Assembly: GCA_964016885.1 (NCBI GenBank)
Contig: OZ024763.1
Location: 3,906,001-3,970,000, forward strand
Origin: Eledone cirrhosa
Taxonomy: Eukaryota
Length of the DNA stretch: 64,000 nt
Direction: 5' to 3'
Numbering within the stretch: position 1 is the first letter of the stretch; each line of letters starts with the position of its first letter. Made by a program: the position numbers and the translations under genes. The notes beneath the pieces were generated by a model. The model was not told where the DNA came from, ran no database searches, and saw only the letters and a list, made by a program, of their open reading frames with translations. Positions 13,194 through 26,023 of this stretch are shown one piece after another.

Positions 13194-13385
13194 GATGCTT
13201 TCAACATAATTCCTATATTGGATAATTGGCAAGTTCTATACCCAGAATTAGCAAAGAACATTAAAGCCCCAACCATGATCGGCCCCCAACGTGAAATTTT
13301 GAGATGGAAATTGCATGGGAGGAAAGCAAAGAATATTGCTCGTAAAGACAGGCCGACAGCCTCAAGTACCATCAGTTTTGTCTAA
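13194..13385 (+). CDS. CXorf65/C22orf15-like small protein, exon 2 (terminal; 147 aa in total)
   Basis: Strong acceptor ttttttttttcag|GAT in phase 0. Encodes DAFNIIPILDNWQVLYPEL...basic tail...SFV*. AATAAA at 13386-13391 and 13417-13422. Confidence 0.7.
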   Translation, partial: DAFNIIPILDNWQVLYPELAKNIKAPTMIGPQREILRWKLHGRKAKNIARKDRPTASSTISFV

Positions 13386-13492
13386 AATAAAGTAAGTTTT
13401 ATTAAAGAAATGGGACAATAAATGTATCATTTGTATAACTGAATCATGTTTTGGAATTTAGAGTGTCTGTTTATCATTAGATTTATCATTAG

Positions 13493-13543
<51 letters not shown>

Positions 13544-14010
13544 GTAGGAGGTGAGTTTTATTGTAGTACAATAAAGCAATGCAGATATCGGATAAGAAGC
13601 ACTCTACAGTTTGTAGGACTGGAGTATACATAATATATAAGATCAAAAGATGGTTAAAGGAGTTCCATGTATTTTATTATGCGCATTTCAAAAACAAACA
13701 TCATCATGCAATAATATTTGTGTTTTCGTCAGATAAAACAGGAGGACATGATATGAAGGCTAAAAAACACTTGTGGATAGTGCAGTTTTAAATCAACATA
13801 TGAAAAGTAATTTTAGATTGATGTGTGATATTGGGAAAAATATTTTAAATAAAATATTTTAAATAAAATATTTTAAATAAAATATTTTAAATAAAATATT
13901 TTAAATAAAATATTTTTCCCAATATCACACATCAATCTAAAATTACTTTTCATATGTTGATTTAAAACTGCACTATCCACAAGTGTTTTTTAGCCTTCAT
14001 ATCATGTCCT

Positions 14011-14079
14011 GTTTTATCTGACGAAAACACAAATATTATTGCATGATGATGTTTGATTTTGAAATGCGCATAATAAAAT
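14011..14079 (+). ncRNA. Type I hammerhead ribozyme motif (mirror copy at 13671-13739, minus strand)
   Basis: Stem I GUUUUAU/AUAAAAU; core CUGACGA; stem II CAAAUAUUAUU/GAUGAUGUUUG; GAAA; palindromic stem III A-UGCGCA-U; predicted cleavage AUA^. Confidence 0.78.
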
Positions 14080-14108
14080 ACATGGAACTCCTTTAACCAT
14101 CTTTTGAT

Positions 14109-14156
<48 letters not shown>

Positions 14157-14276
14157 AGTGAATAATATAAATGACAGGAGGCTAAGTATGTTGACTTTCC
14201 TTAATTTGTTATTACTGTAAATACTATGTACACTTCAGTGGCCAAGTTGCCATATATATACACACACACACACATA

Positions 14277-14552
14277 CAGTAGTTCCTCTGTATTCGCGGG
14301 GTTTACGTTCCTACACCACCTGCGAAGAGTTAAACATCGCGAATACTGGACGTGGTCCATAAAAATGCTTATAACCATCAAAACATAACGTAAAATATAG
14401 TTATTAATAATTGTTATTAATAATTGAGCGTTAAAGAGCGTGAAAAATATATATTGCCACGAAATACGCCAAAAAAAGATCGCAGAAGATATTATGTTTC
14501 CGCGAATATACGGTGGTTTCCACGACAATTCCGCGAATGGCGGGGGTACACT
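14277..14552. mobile_element. Tc1/mariner (Tigger/pogo-like) MITE; related copies at about 45410-45735 and 55880-56127
   Basis: TA|CAGT...TTCGCGGGG..TTACGTTCC ... CCGCGAAT..CGGGGG..CACT(G/A)|TA termini. Confidence 0.65.
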
Positions 14553-16011
14553 ATATAAATATATATATATATGATTTATCTGAAGCTGTTAAATGGCCTA
14601 CACCGTAATTAAAGAGCAAGCCTCATGAAGTAGTGTCACACTGAATCTCGTTGAGAATTATGTTACGCCTACAATTTTCTATTTAGCCGAGCCGGTTGTT
14701 CCGGGAATCAAACAACTGAAACACTCATCTTTAAAACCGACGTAGGTCCATTTCACATTACCGAGGTATCGTTCCTTTCTTCAAGGCAATGCTGCTATTG
14801 CTGTCAATACAAATGCCTCCATAGTGGTTTCCCCGCGTTGACTCCTGTCAAGGGAGGTTATTCAGATAAACTATGAAGAGTTGTTGCATGTAAGGGAGGC
14901 AACTATATTACTACTTGTAGAACCAGATAATATATGGAAAGAGCTTACCAAGTCAGTGGGAAAATGTATGGAACGGGATCAAAAAGCATAGTTTGGAGAC
15001 CGCAGACTTCCCTTCCCAGCTCAATCCAGCGGGCTTGGATTGAGAGGACAGCAAAAGACCAGACGGCATAACAATCTTCCCGTTTCGCGGTGAGAAACCC
15101 TCATCTGGTTCTCTCCTTATTTATGGGCTCATCATATCCGACATCCTCATCCTGTCCAAGATGGTGTAGGCTAGAATAAAGAAGAGACACAAAATAAGAA
15201 ATCAGCCACTATTGGTAGCACGACCCTCCCAAAGTATAACAATATCTGTTTCAACACAAGTTTTCAGATAAGAAGTCTTGCAAACGGTACATTAGAAGCA
15301 CTCGACGCCATGTTACTTCTTCAAAATAAAAATGACGGAGATAATTAGAATGAGGAAAATGCGAAGTTGTTGATGTTAAAGTGTTCTTTATTATTTCAAT
15401 GACGACCATGGTCACATGATTATTTAACCATTCTCGTGATCTCACCAGAGCGCCACATTCGGTAAAAGTTTCCGTTTCCGAGGAAGTGCTAGATGCAAGG
15501 GAACGGACAAAAAATTATGTTTTTGTTGGGTTAGTCCGTTCCTTGCATCTAGGACTGTCTCGGAAACCTTTTACTACACATGTTTCAAAACAATCAATCG
15601 GTACAGCAACTCGTAAATATATATGGTAGCTTTCTAGAAATAGCAAATAAATACGTAAGTAAAAGAGATTAAAGTGGGTACATACCTACATACATACATG
15701 CATGCATACCTACCTACCTACCTACCTACCTACCTACATACATACATACATACACGCATACATACACACACATACCACTAATTCCTATCTATCCAGTCAG
15801 CCATTGTATCATGTATTTATGTATCAGGCGTTCTTCATTGTTTTTCTCTCTTCTATTGCCTCACAATAGAAAGTGATAAAGAACATTCTAGGATCTCTCT
15901 AAACTATTTCAACAATAATCTCTCGCATATATTTATTTTAATGACATTCCGTTTTTACTTTGTATTAAAAATAATATTTTCGTTGTCATTCATTATAGTA
16001 GAAGTATTAAG

Positions 16012-16520
16012 ATTGGATTGGCAGTATTGGTAGAGGGTCGGACGCCATGCTTTGCAGCATAGAGTTACGGCTCTTTATAGTCTGCGTTCAAATCCCGCCG
16101 AGGTTAACTTTGCCTTTCATCTTTACGGGGGTCGATAAAATAAAGTACCACTGGGGTCGATTTAATCGACTTTCCCCTCCCCCCAAATTATTGGCCTTGT
16201 GCCTATAGTAGAAATCATTATTATTATTATTATTATGGGGTCGGTAAAATGAAGTACCAGTAATGTACTGGGTAATCGCTGGCCTTGTGCCAAAAGTAGA
16301 AACAATTATTATTATTATTATTATTATGGTAGATTGGTAGTATCGGTAGAGGGTCGGACGCCATGCTTCGCAGTATTTACTTACGTCCCTTTACGGTCTG
16401 AGTTCAAATCCCGCCGAGGTTAACTTTGTCTTTCATCCTTACGGGGTCGATAAAATAAAGTACCAGTAATGCACTGGGGTGTTTGCTGGCCTTGTGCCTA
16501 AAGTAGAAACAATTATTATA
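16012..16520 (+). mobile_element. Cluster of tRNA-derived SINE copies (others at about 2635-2760, 4700-5090, 8130-8283, 20670-20775, 27300-27380, 35908-36098, 40925-41010, 41217-41310, 44083-44230, 54610-54790, 56678-56985, 57880-58030, 59606-59870)
   Basis: Same A and B boxes, central domain and (ATT)n tail. The central domain resembles the Meta/MESC-type SINE core (from memory, unverified). Confidence 0.85.
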
Positions 16521-16954
16521 ATGTAAAATATTAATACTTTCATGACACAATCATGCAACTTGTTCTCCTCGTCTTTGTTATGTCACTGTTGTTGTTGTTT
16601 TGTCACTTGTTGTTGTTGTTGTTGTTGTTATTGCTTTGTCACTGTTGTTGCTGTTGTTGTTGTTGTTGTTTTTGTTGTTGTTGTTTTGAGCGAGGCCATC
16701 TTTAATCAACAGTGGATTGGCAGAGTCGTTAGAACGACCGACAGTTCCCCTTCCGGCTCTTTGTGCTCTGTGTTAAAAACCGTCTTGAGGTTGATAAAAA
16801 AAAAGTACCAGTTCCGTACTGGGATCAATCCTCACCTCCTTCATGCCTCCACTGAATCAAATCGGCTGTGTTTAAACCTGGAGAGGATATGGGCTCCGGC
16901 AGGTATAAATAACCAAGACATTAAGGCGCCCCTACTGAGCTACGACACACACAG

Positions 16955-17010
<56 letters not shown>

Positions 17011-17504
17011 CAAGGACGATTTGTTATGCCGTCATTACGTTTATTGATTGGTGACGTGCGTTTCGCTATTGATCAGTTCAAGGTTCAATCTGTATCGGTC
17101 TGGTCCGACTCTAGAATCAAAAACTCGTCGGACCTCAGTCTTAACAAATCGTCCCAAAAGTAGAAACAAATATTATAGAAATTGCATCTTCCCTCTTTCA
17201 TAATGGTAGGATATAGTTTAAGAGTAATTTGATTCAAATATAGTTTAAATGTTTGTTCTAGCGTTGCCAGAATTTTCCTAGATAAATAAGCAATTTTACC
17301 ATAGATTATATATATATATATATCAGGAAAGAATTAATAAAAATATCAATAAGATCATCTACAGTTGCACCGCCAGTAATTTCATTGTTTCCCAAACCAG
17401 TATAATCAATAATGTTATCCACAATATCAACAATTATACTAACAGACAGAATCCACTCCTTGTAAGGTTAAAAAGATGGAAACACGCCTATTATGGACAA
17501 GTAT

Positions 17505-17665
17505 CCCAGCACGACTCTCTGACTAAAACCATTCTTCAGAGCACAGTTGGAGAAGCAAACAAAGAAAATCCCGGTCCAACATCACCAAGGACTGGACAGA
17601 TCACAGCACCACGACCCTTCTGCGCATGACTTAGATTAGAGACCAATGGCGACAGCTGACTACAA
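17505..17665 (+). mobile_element. RTE-like LINE C-terminal fragment
   Basis: HDSLTKTILQSTVG... then ..NITKDWT (frameshifted), followed by an A tract. Confidence 0.5.
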
Positions 17666-18692
17666 AAAAAAAAAAAATGTCTAGAGTGGCACCCTTGTGG
17701 CACCAGTTCCGATAACTTGATGGTCATGGGTCGCTGAACTTCAGTCATGTTAATTCAACTTACGGCTTTCCTCTTTGAAAATGGAAGAATATATTTTGAG
17801 GAGAATTTAGTTGACATTACTTGCATGGTTATGGCCTGTATGATACAACCCTTTTGTTATCAACACGCCCCAAACCACTATTTCTATGAAACAAATCCAC
17901 GCATTTTTAAGGGTTCCAATTTACATAAAAACTTTCCGACACAATTATATAGAAAACCTTAAGTTATGTTACAAATATCATCTTGATTAGTGACTTCCAA
18001 TATTGCTAGGATTTAAAAAAAATCTTTATATACAAGTATTTTGCCGTAGAATATAGACACCATGAAAATTTTAATAGGAATATTGTTAAAGTAAGCTACA
18101 ATTGTATCAAAATGTCGTTGCTTCAATAGTCAAAATTATCAAAAGAAAACCTTTCAGTTCGAATACGTACATATATTCAGAGAGATGAATCTTTATGATA
18201 TGACAGCAACTCTAATGTCTGTAGCCTTAAAGGTTTGTCTCTATTTAAAGCACTGGGCTATCAACAAAAAGTTTCTCTTGTAAAATAGCAGCGAAAGCAA
18301 CAGCTATATAAGACATATAGAAAATCCCTTCAGTGAAGATTGTGGCAACATATGTATGAATTTAGTCACACAGAAAGACGCCTCATCGCATCGCCGCATC
18401 ACTGTCTAAACATATCTGGAGTATAAAGGAAAATCATATAAACAATTATAAAATCGATTGACCCATTAAGAAAACCATTCAGTTATTCATCGATAGTAAC
18501 TGCATTAAGAATAGGTAACAATGAGTATGTGTGTGTGGTGGTGGTGGTGGTGGGGTCTACACATTTCATGCAATCTACAAAGCCTATACAGTGAATCTTG
18601 GACTAATCTGTTGATGATACATTCTACTTAGAGTATTAAATATTTCTTCCTTTGAAACGTTTTTTAGACGGCTTTTTATCTATGCAACAAAA

Positions 18693-18759
<67 letters not shown>

Positions 18760-18995
18760 CGAAACATAAGTCAATTGCACGTGTGTGTGTGTTTATATAT
18801 ATATATATACCATGTTTTTTATATATCCAAGATTCAATCCTTCTGATCGATTATTTCCCAAAGAAATTACACATAGCCCCGATTAATTTCCAATTCGTTG
18901 TTGAGCACTCTCAGGGAATATCTCAATTAGATTGATTAAGATGTACCTCGAGGCGGGCTTCATATGTCTATAGTTATCATACATATATACATACT

Positions 18996-19085
<90 letters not shown>

Positions 19086-19418
19086 CACACATATATATAT
19101 ATATATATATATACATACACACATTATCTATTACAAGTCCTGCATATTCTGTCTGTGTTCCCAATAACAGTGAAGGTATGAAGTAGGCCAAAGGGAGGGA
19201 GAGGGAGAGGGGGGGATAGGAGCGAGAGGGAGGAGAGGGGGGAGAGAGGGAGCAGTCAGTATTAAACTGTTAGATTTACAACAACAAAAAACAGAAAGAT
19301 AAAAGTTAACAATGCCATCACCCACCCCTCACCACCCCCACCCTGCCACAACCAGCTCATCCCTCCAGGACAATAGGCTGACGTTAATGGGTTTTTGAAC
19401 ACACTGGATAGCTATATC

Positions 19419-19450
<32 letters not shown>

Positions 19451-20019
19451 GTATATAGATATACACACACACACACACACACACATATATTTATATATAT
19501 TAAATCTTGTATATAACTCTATGTATTGAGCACCTTACCTACTGTGGTTACCCCCGATTGAACCCGGGACCCCTCCCATATATATGTGTGTGTGGGGGGG
19601 GGGTACATACCCCCACGTGGCTGCTTCCTCAGGGGAGGAGGATGCACTCTTCTAGCTTTTTCAGAGGAAAACATTAGTTTCGGACCCGTGTAGGACAGGA
19701 GAGGGGGTCTGGACTCCGACTGACATAACATAAAAGGGAAGTGGTCAGTCACGTGTCTGGATTTTGATATATTCCTCTCTACCCCATGTTAAAGGTGACA
19801 GTGCTCCAGTTTGTGACAAGGTTTGGAGGCGGAGGACGTGTCACAATACGGGGTGGGGGCGGGCGTCCCAGGCAGGATTTGAACTGAGAGAGATGGAATA
19901 TTTACCGCAAAGTATTCTCTCCGACCCTCTAATGGCTGTCAATTTGCCGTGAGAATATATATACTGTAGACATTCTTACAAGGGAATGACCGAGAAAATC
20001 TCTCATAGAATGACAAAGA

Positions 20020-20635
20020 AAACACACAAAACTGGTTCCGAAGCACTGGACTAAAAGCTGAGATGGAAGGATTTCTAATTGCAGCACAGGACTAGAGTCT
20101 ACCTACCAGAAACTACTAGAAGTACATAATAAAACAAGGCGCAATAAGTAACTGTAGAATATGTGGAGATAGGGAAGAAACAATCAACCACATAGTCTCT
20201 GGATGCCTAGCACTAGACAAAAGGGAATATATCCACAAGCATCATAGAGTTGGGACCTTCATACACTGGAAGTTATGCCATCATTATGAAATACCAACAG
20301 AAAAAAAGATGGTACAAATACACACCAGAAAAAGTGTCAGAGAATGACAAAACAACCGTATTCTGGGATATGTTAATACATATAGACAGGGAGATCAAAG
20401 CCAACCGACCAGATGTTATAGTCAAAGATCAGAAATAACAAAATAAATGTCTTCTAATTGATGTATCTATCTCCACAGACAACAATATATCTATTAAAGA
20501 AATGGAGAAACTCTCCAAATATAAAGATCTAGAGATAGAAATAACCAGAATGTGGATGATGAAAACAGAAACAATACCTAGAATAATAGGTGTTCGGGGA
20601 ATGATAAACAAACACACACACAGATACCGGGGAAA
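20020..20635 (+). mobile_element. R4/Dong-clade non-LTR retrotransposon C-terminal relic (CCHC knuckle plus restriction-like endonuclease); related fragment at about 35115-35215
   Basis: LKAEMEGFLIAAQD*SLPTRNY...CRICGDREETINHIVSGC...RPDVIV...CLLIDVS...KEMEKLSKYKDL, with stops and frameshifts. Confidence 0.88.
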
Positions 20636-21615
20636 CAACTTCTCTATTCTGTCCACCGGGGCCGTGGGGAGGCCAGCAATTACCCAGTACATTACTGGTA
20701 CTTTATTTTATCGACCTCGTAAGGATGAAAGGCAAAGTTAACCTCGGCGGGATTTGAACTCAGAACGTAAAAGGACTTAACTATGCATGTATGTATGTGT
20801 GTGTGTATGTGTGTATGTGTGTGTATGTGTGTATGATGGTGTGTATGTGTATGTTGGTGTGTGTATATATATGTATGTGTGTGTGTATATGTGTATGCTG
20901 GTATATATATATGTTGGTATATGTATGTTGGTGTGTGTATATATATGTATGTATGTGTGTATATGTATGCGTATATGTGTATGCATATGTATGTTGGTAT
21001 GTGTATATATGTATGTGTGTATGTCTATATGCGTGTGTATATGTATGTTGGTGTGTGTGTATATGTAGTGTGTGTATACGTATGTTGGGATGTGTATATA
21101 TGTATATATGTATGTATGTGTGTATGTGTATATGTGTGTGTATGTGTATATGCGTGTGTATATGTCTGTTGGTGTATGTGTGTATGTAGTGTATGTATAC
21201 GTATGTTGGTATGTGTATGTATGTGTGTATGTGTGTGTGTATGTGTATATGCGTGTGTATATGTATGTTGGTGTGTGTGTATATGTAGTGTATGTATACG
21301 TATGTTGATATGTGTATATATGTGTGTATGTGTATATGCGTGTGTATATGTCTGTTGGTGTATGTGTATATGTAGTGTATGTATACGTATGTTGGTATGT
21401 GTATATATGTGTGTATGTGTGTGTATGTGTATATGTGTATATGTGTGTATATATGTATGCGTGTATATGTGTGTGTATATATGTATGTGTGTATATATGT
21501 GTGTATATATGTATGTGTGTATATGTGTGTCTGTGTTCCCGATTCTATCTAATTTCAATAATTACTTTCCTAATACTATTTTTTATAATGAAAATAGCTG
21601 TTCATAAACGCATCA

Positions 21616-21685
<70 letters not shown>

Positions 21686-21836
21686 TGAGTGAATGTGTGT
21701 GTGAGTGTGTATATGTGTGTGAGTGAGTGTAGGTGTGTGAGTGTTAGTGTGAGTGAGTGTGTATGTGTGTGAGTGTGTTTGTGTGTGTGTGTGTGTGGGT
21801 GAGTGTGTTTGTGTGTGTGTGTGAGTGTGTATATGT

Positions 21837-21873
<37 letters not shown>

Positions 21874-22060
21874 TGAGTGAGTGAGTGTGTGAGTGAGTGT
21901 ATCTGTGTGTGAGTGTGTTAGTGTGTGTATCTTTCAGTGTGTGTGAGTGTATTTGTGTGTGTATGGATGTTTTATTGTATGTGTGAGTCATGTGTGTATA
22001 TGTGTGCTTATGCGTGTATCTGTGTCAGTGTATGTGTATGTGTGTGTTTGTGAGTGGCTT

Positions 22061-22108
<48 letters not shown>

Positions 22109-22185
22109 TACACATATATATATATACATATATATATACATATATACATATATATACATATATATATACATATATACACATATAT

Positions 22186-22241
<56 letters not shown>

Positions 22242-22532
22242 ATACATATATATATAAATACATATACATATATATACATATATATATATAAATAAACATA
22301 CACAGGTCTGTATGATTGTGTATAGAAGATTATATTAATAAAAGGAATTCCAACTTTGTCTGATTTATTCGTTTTATTTACAATCCTTTAAAATGTATAA
22401 TGGTATTAGAATGGTATTAGTATGGCAGAATATTAAATGTTAAGTGTTAATTGAACAAGTACTTTCATGCTTTCGCAATCTTCAGGTTCATATTCTGTGG
22501 CGACAGTCAAGTTTGCAATGTTCATATATATA

Positions 22533-22715
22533 GGGAGCCCCTACATGGACACACTAGAAGAGGAAGACCAAGGTTAACGTATATTGATGCCCTAAGGACA
22601 GACCAGTGTCTGTTGGAGATGCAGGACATGGCAGCGATAATGAGGGACAGAGACCGCTGGAGAGAACTCGTCCATGAATCTCGGGAATTTTACCCTCCTT
22701 AGATAGATTGATAGA
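22533..22715 (+). mobile_element. Short RTE-type 3' end repeat (copies at 8910-9003 minus and 49457-49660 minus)
   Basis: EPLHGHTRRGRPRLTYIDAL...[14 protein letters not shown]...EFYPP*; three near-identical copies in the window. Confidence 0.75.
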
Positions 22716-22906
22716 TAGGAAAAAAGTATGACCCCGACGGCAGAGCTCAAGCCGTTTCGACGGCTATTTCTGGACTATAGCCGTCGAAACGGCTTGAGCT
22801 CTGCTGTCGGGGGTCATACTTTTTTCCTATTTCCCACTCTACTACCCTAAGTATTGAGTACTCTGGTGCGTTATGGTCCATCTGGTTCCTTACCACAATT
22901 CCTTTG

Positions 22907-22956
<50 letters not shown>

Positions 22957-23120
22957 GGTAGCAAGTTCTCGTTATAGGTAATCCAGTTAGAGGTTGTGAG
23001 TACTCTGTGTCGTAGATAGTTTTATATAAGGGACTATTCTGTTTTAGGGTTGTTATCGAAAATCTAATTGTCACGAGATATAAATCAACTTCAAGATTAC
23101 GGCGGGGGCAGGGGGGGTAG

Positions 23121-23156
<36 letters not shown>

Positions 23157-23171
23157 GAGCAGTAGTAGTAA

Positions 23172-23207
<36 letters not shown>

Positions 23208-23211
23208 GAGC

Positions 23212-23255
<44 letters not shown>

Positions 23256-23259
23256 GAGC

Positions 23260-23291
<32 letters not shown>

Positions 23292-23356
23292 GAGCAGTAG
23301 TAGTAGTAGTAGTAGTATAGGAGCAGTAGTATAGGAGCAGTAGTAGTAGTAGGAGC

Positions 23357-23388
<32 letters not shown>

Positions 23389-23466
23389 GAGTAGTAGTAG
23401 GAGCAGTAGTAGCAGTAGTAGTAGTAATAGTAGTAGTAGTAGTAGTAGTAGTAGGAGTAGTAGTAG

Positions 23467-23517
<51 letters not shown>

Positions 23518-23589
23518 GAGCAGTAGTAGTAGTAGGAGCAGTAGTAGTAGTAGGAGCAGTAGTAGTAGTAGTAGTAGTAGTAGTAGGAT

Positions 23590-24597
23590 TGATCAAACCT
23601 GCGCCTGTTTGAAAAGATTGACACTTTGGACTTCAATCAAAGTTTCGAAGCTCGCTACAAACATGGCGACAGACGTTGGTGGAGACGAACAATCAGAGAA
23701 GTTTGCCCAGAATCTATTAAGGCTTGGGGATGGAAGACTTCCTGGAGATAGCAAGGGAGCTGTTAATATAAGTCCTATTGACACAATGGTGGAATTATTA
23801 TTCCATCTCATAGAAAAAGTGTTCCCTAATCTTAAATCTTAAATATCAGTTCACAAGTCACAAGTGGACTTAGTGAAAGGGCTATATTGGCCCCGAAAAA
23901 TGTGACTGTGAAATTGGTAAATCAAGAGCTGTTAAAAGGAATTCCAAAGGTTTTGGAGTTCAATCTATCTGTCGACACTTGTGGAACAGTCGCAGGCTGT
24001 CTATTACTTGACAGAGTTCCTCAACTCTTTAGAACCATCAGGAATGCCTCCACATGTACTTCACCTTAAAGAAGGAGCACCCATCATGTTATTGAGGAAT
24101 TTGAACCCACCAAGGCTCTGCAACGGCACTTGATTGGTTGCAAAAAATATATATCCACACGTGATTCAAGCCACCATTTCAACAGGATGTGGTAGGGGAG
24201 AGGATGTGTTCATTCCAAGAATTCCTCTTATCTCCACTGATGTTTCATTTCAATTCAAATGACTTCAATTTCCACTGAGTCTTAGTTTTGCTATGACCCT
24301 CAAGAAATCACCAGGACAAATATTTTAGGTCGCCGGTTTACACGTAGAAGAGCCCCGCTTCACCTATGGTCAGCTGTACGTTGGATGTGTTCAAGATAGG
24401 AAGTCAGACAAATCTTTACATCTTTGCCCCAGATAGAAAAACAACAAACATTGTTTATACAAACATTATAAATTGATCCAATTAATAAAGAAGCCCATCC
24501 TTCGGGAAAGACATAGTCTGGCATAGAATAAAAATAATTTTTTAAATAAAGGCATACTATTGTGATTATTGCCCAGCAACGATGGGCTACTCAGCTA

Positions 24598-24598
<1 letters not shown>
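23590..24598 (+). mobile_element. Helitron 3' part: decayed PIF1-type helicase plus canonical 3' terminus
   Basis: [73 protein letters not shown] motifs with stops. Terminal hairpin GCCCAGCAACGATGGGC followed by CTAG|T at 24595-24598. Confidence 0.92.
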
Positions 24599-24642
<44 letters not shown>

Positions 24643-24645
<3 letters not shown>

Positions 24646-24849
24646 GAAATTAGAATAATATCTAAACATAGAAATGACCCAGCAGATAGGCAAATCAGAG
24701 AGGCCAGTGAAATAGAACTTAGAAGGCCAAGACTAAACAGAAAAATGAATGGAATAACAACAACACCCAAACAAACAACACTGACCTAAGATAAGTATAA
24801 ATAAATAGATAAATAAATTAAAAAATAGATAAATAAATAAATAAATAGA

Positions 24850-24884
<35 letters not shown>

Positions 24885-25200
24885 ATACATACACAAGCAC
24901 AATAACAACAAACACATATAAACACACACTGGTAAAGATAGAATACATTAACCAATACACAGCCACCCAATCACGAACACACATCAAACAAAACACTATA
25001 AACACACGCAAACGCAAAGAAGACAAAATAAAATAAACAAATAAATAAATATATAAACAGACTAAATAAAGATGGCGTAGAAAATACAATGCAACGGGAG
25101 GAAATAATAGCACCACTGACGATGTTGCAGATGTGCAACGAAAGAACTTTGATAAACTATATATATGTGTTTGTGTCTATATTGTATCTGTATTTTTGAC
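24643..25200 (+). mobile_element. Penelope-like element 3' end (GIY-YIG C-terminus plus pseudo-LTR with hammerhead motif)
   Basis: IEIRIISKHRNDPADRQIREASEIELRRPRLNRK matches the R.I.EA..I....P.LN C-terminal motif. A hammerhead-like motif follows at 25114-25151. Confidence 0.7.
25114..25151 (+). ncRNA. Minimal hammerhead motif in a Penelope pseudo-LTR
   Basis: CA-CUGACGA-U-GUUGCA.GAUG.UGCAAC-GAAA-GAAC-UU^UG. Stem I is only 2 bp. Confidence 0.6.
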
Positions 25201-25782
25201 CGTTGGTCAGTCAATGGTAACATTGAGGACCGAATATATTAGATTACCGATATAAAGGACACAGAAGCGAAAACCAACCAAACAGTGAGTGTGTTCTGTT
25301 ATTAATTCTGGCAATATTACAGAAATATGACCCTCCCCAAGTATAACAATATATATATATAGGTTTCGGCAAGTATTGGCCCAGGCCATGTCTAACTTAA
25401 TAGCACCACCTGGCGAAGTCTTTCGAATCAGGATTTGGACACCATAGCCCACTCAAGTAGAGAGTTATTGTTTACGGAGGCATATCCGGGTGTAAGAGAT
25501 TTATCCGGGATTTCTTGAAGGAATTTGTCCCCAAGACTTTTTTAATTTTATGGGGTCTGTTTTAATGTGTTTTGGTGTAATGTTAAAGAGAACGGGGCCA
25601 ATTGACGTGAAATAATTGTGTCGTATTGTTGTTATGAGATGCGAATTGGATTTTTGACGAGGGCGGATTGCACAAAGCCCAAGACTTGGGTGTACACTAA
25701 AGGTGGCGCTAACATCATTTGGAGCAATGTAGATGGAATATTTTCCACATCATGCAGATAATATAACGCTCACGGCGGCGTT

Positions 25783-25831
<49 letters not shown>

Positions 25832-25973
25832 TATATGCACGCACACACACACACGTATATATATATATAAACCAAGATTTGGCTGTCTCACATTCTACAA
25901 CTCACAGACGAATTCTAAAGAAAAGGAAACGTAACTAGTCCTGTAAGAGTGATTAATTTAATAAGTGGATATG

Positions 25974-26023
<50 letters not shown>

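Noticed and set aside
16340-16420. tRNA gene suggested by A and B boxes
   Set aside because: No cloverleaf is apparent; it is the tRNA-derived head of a multi-copy SINE.
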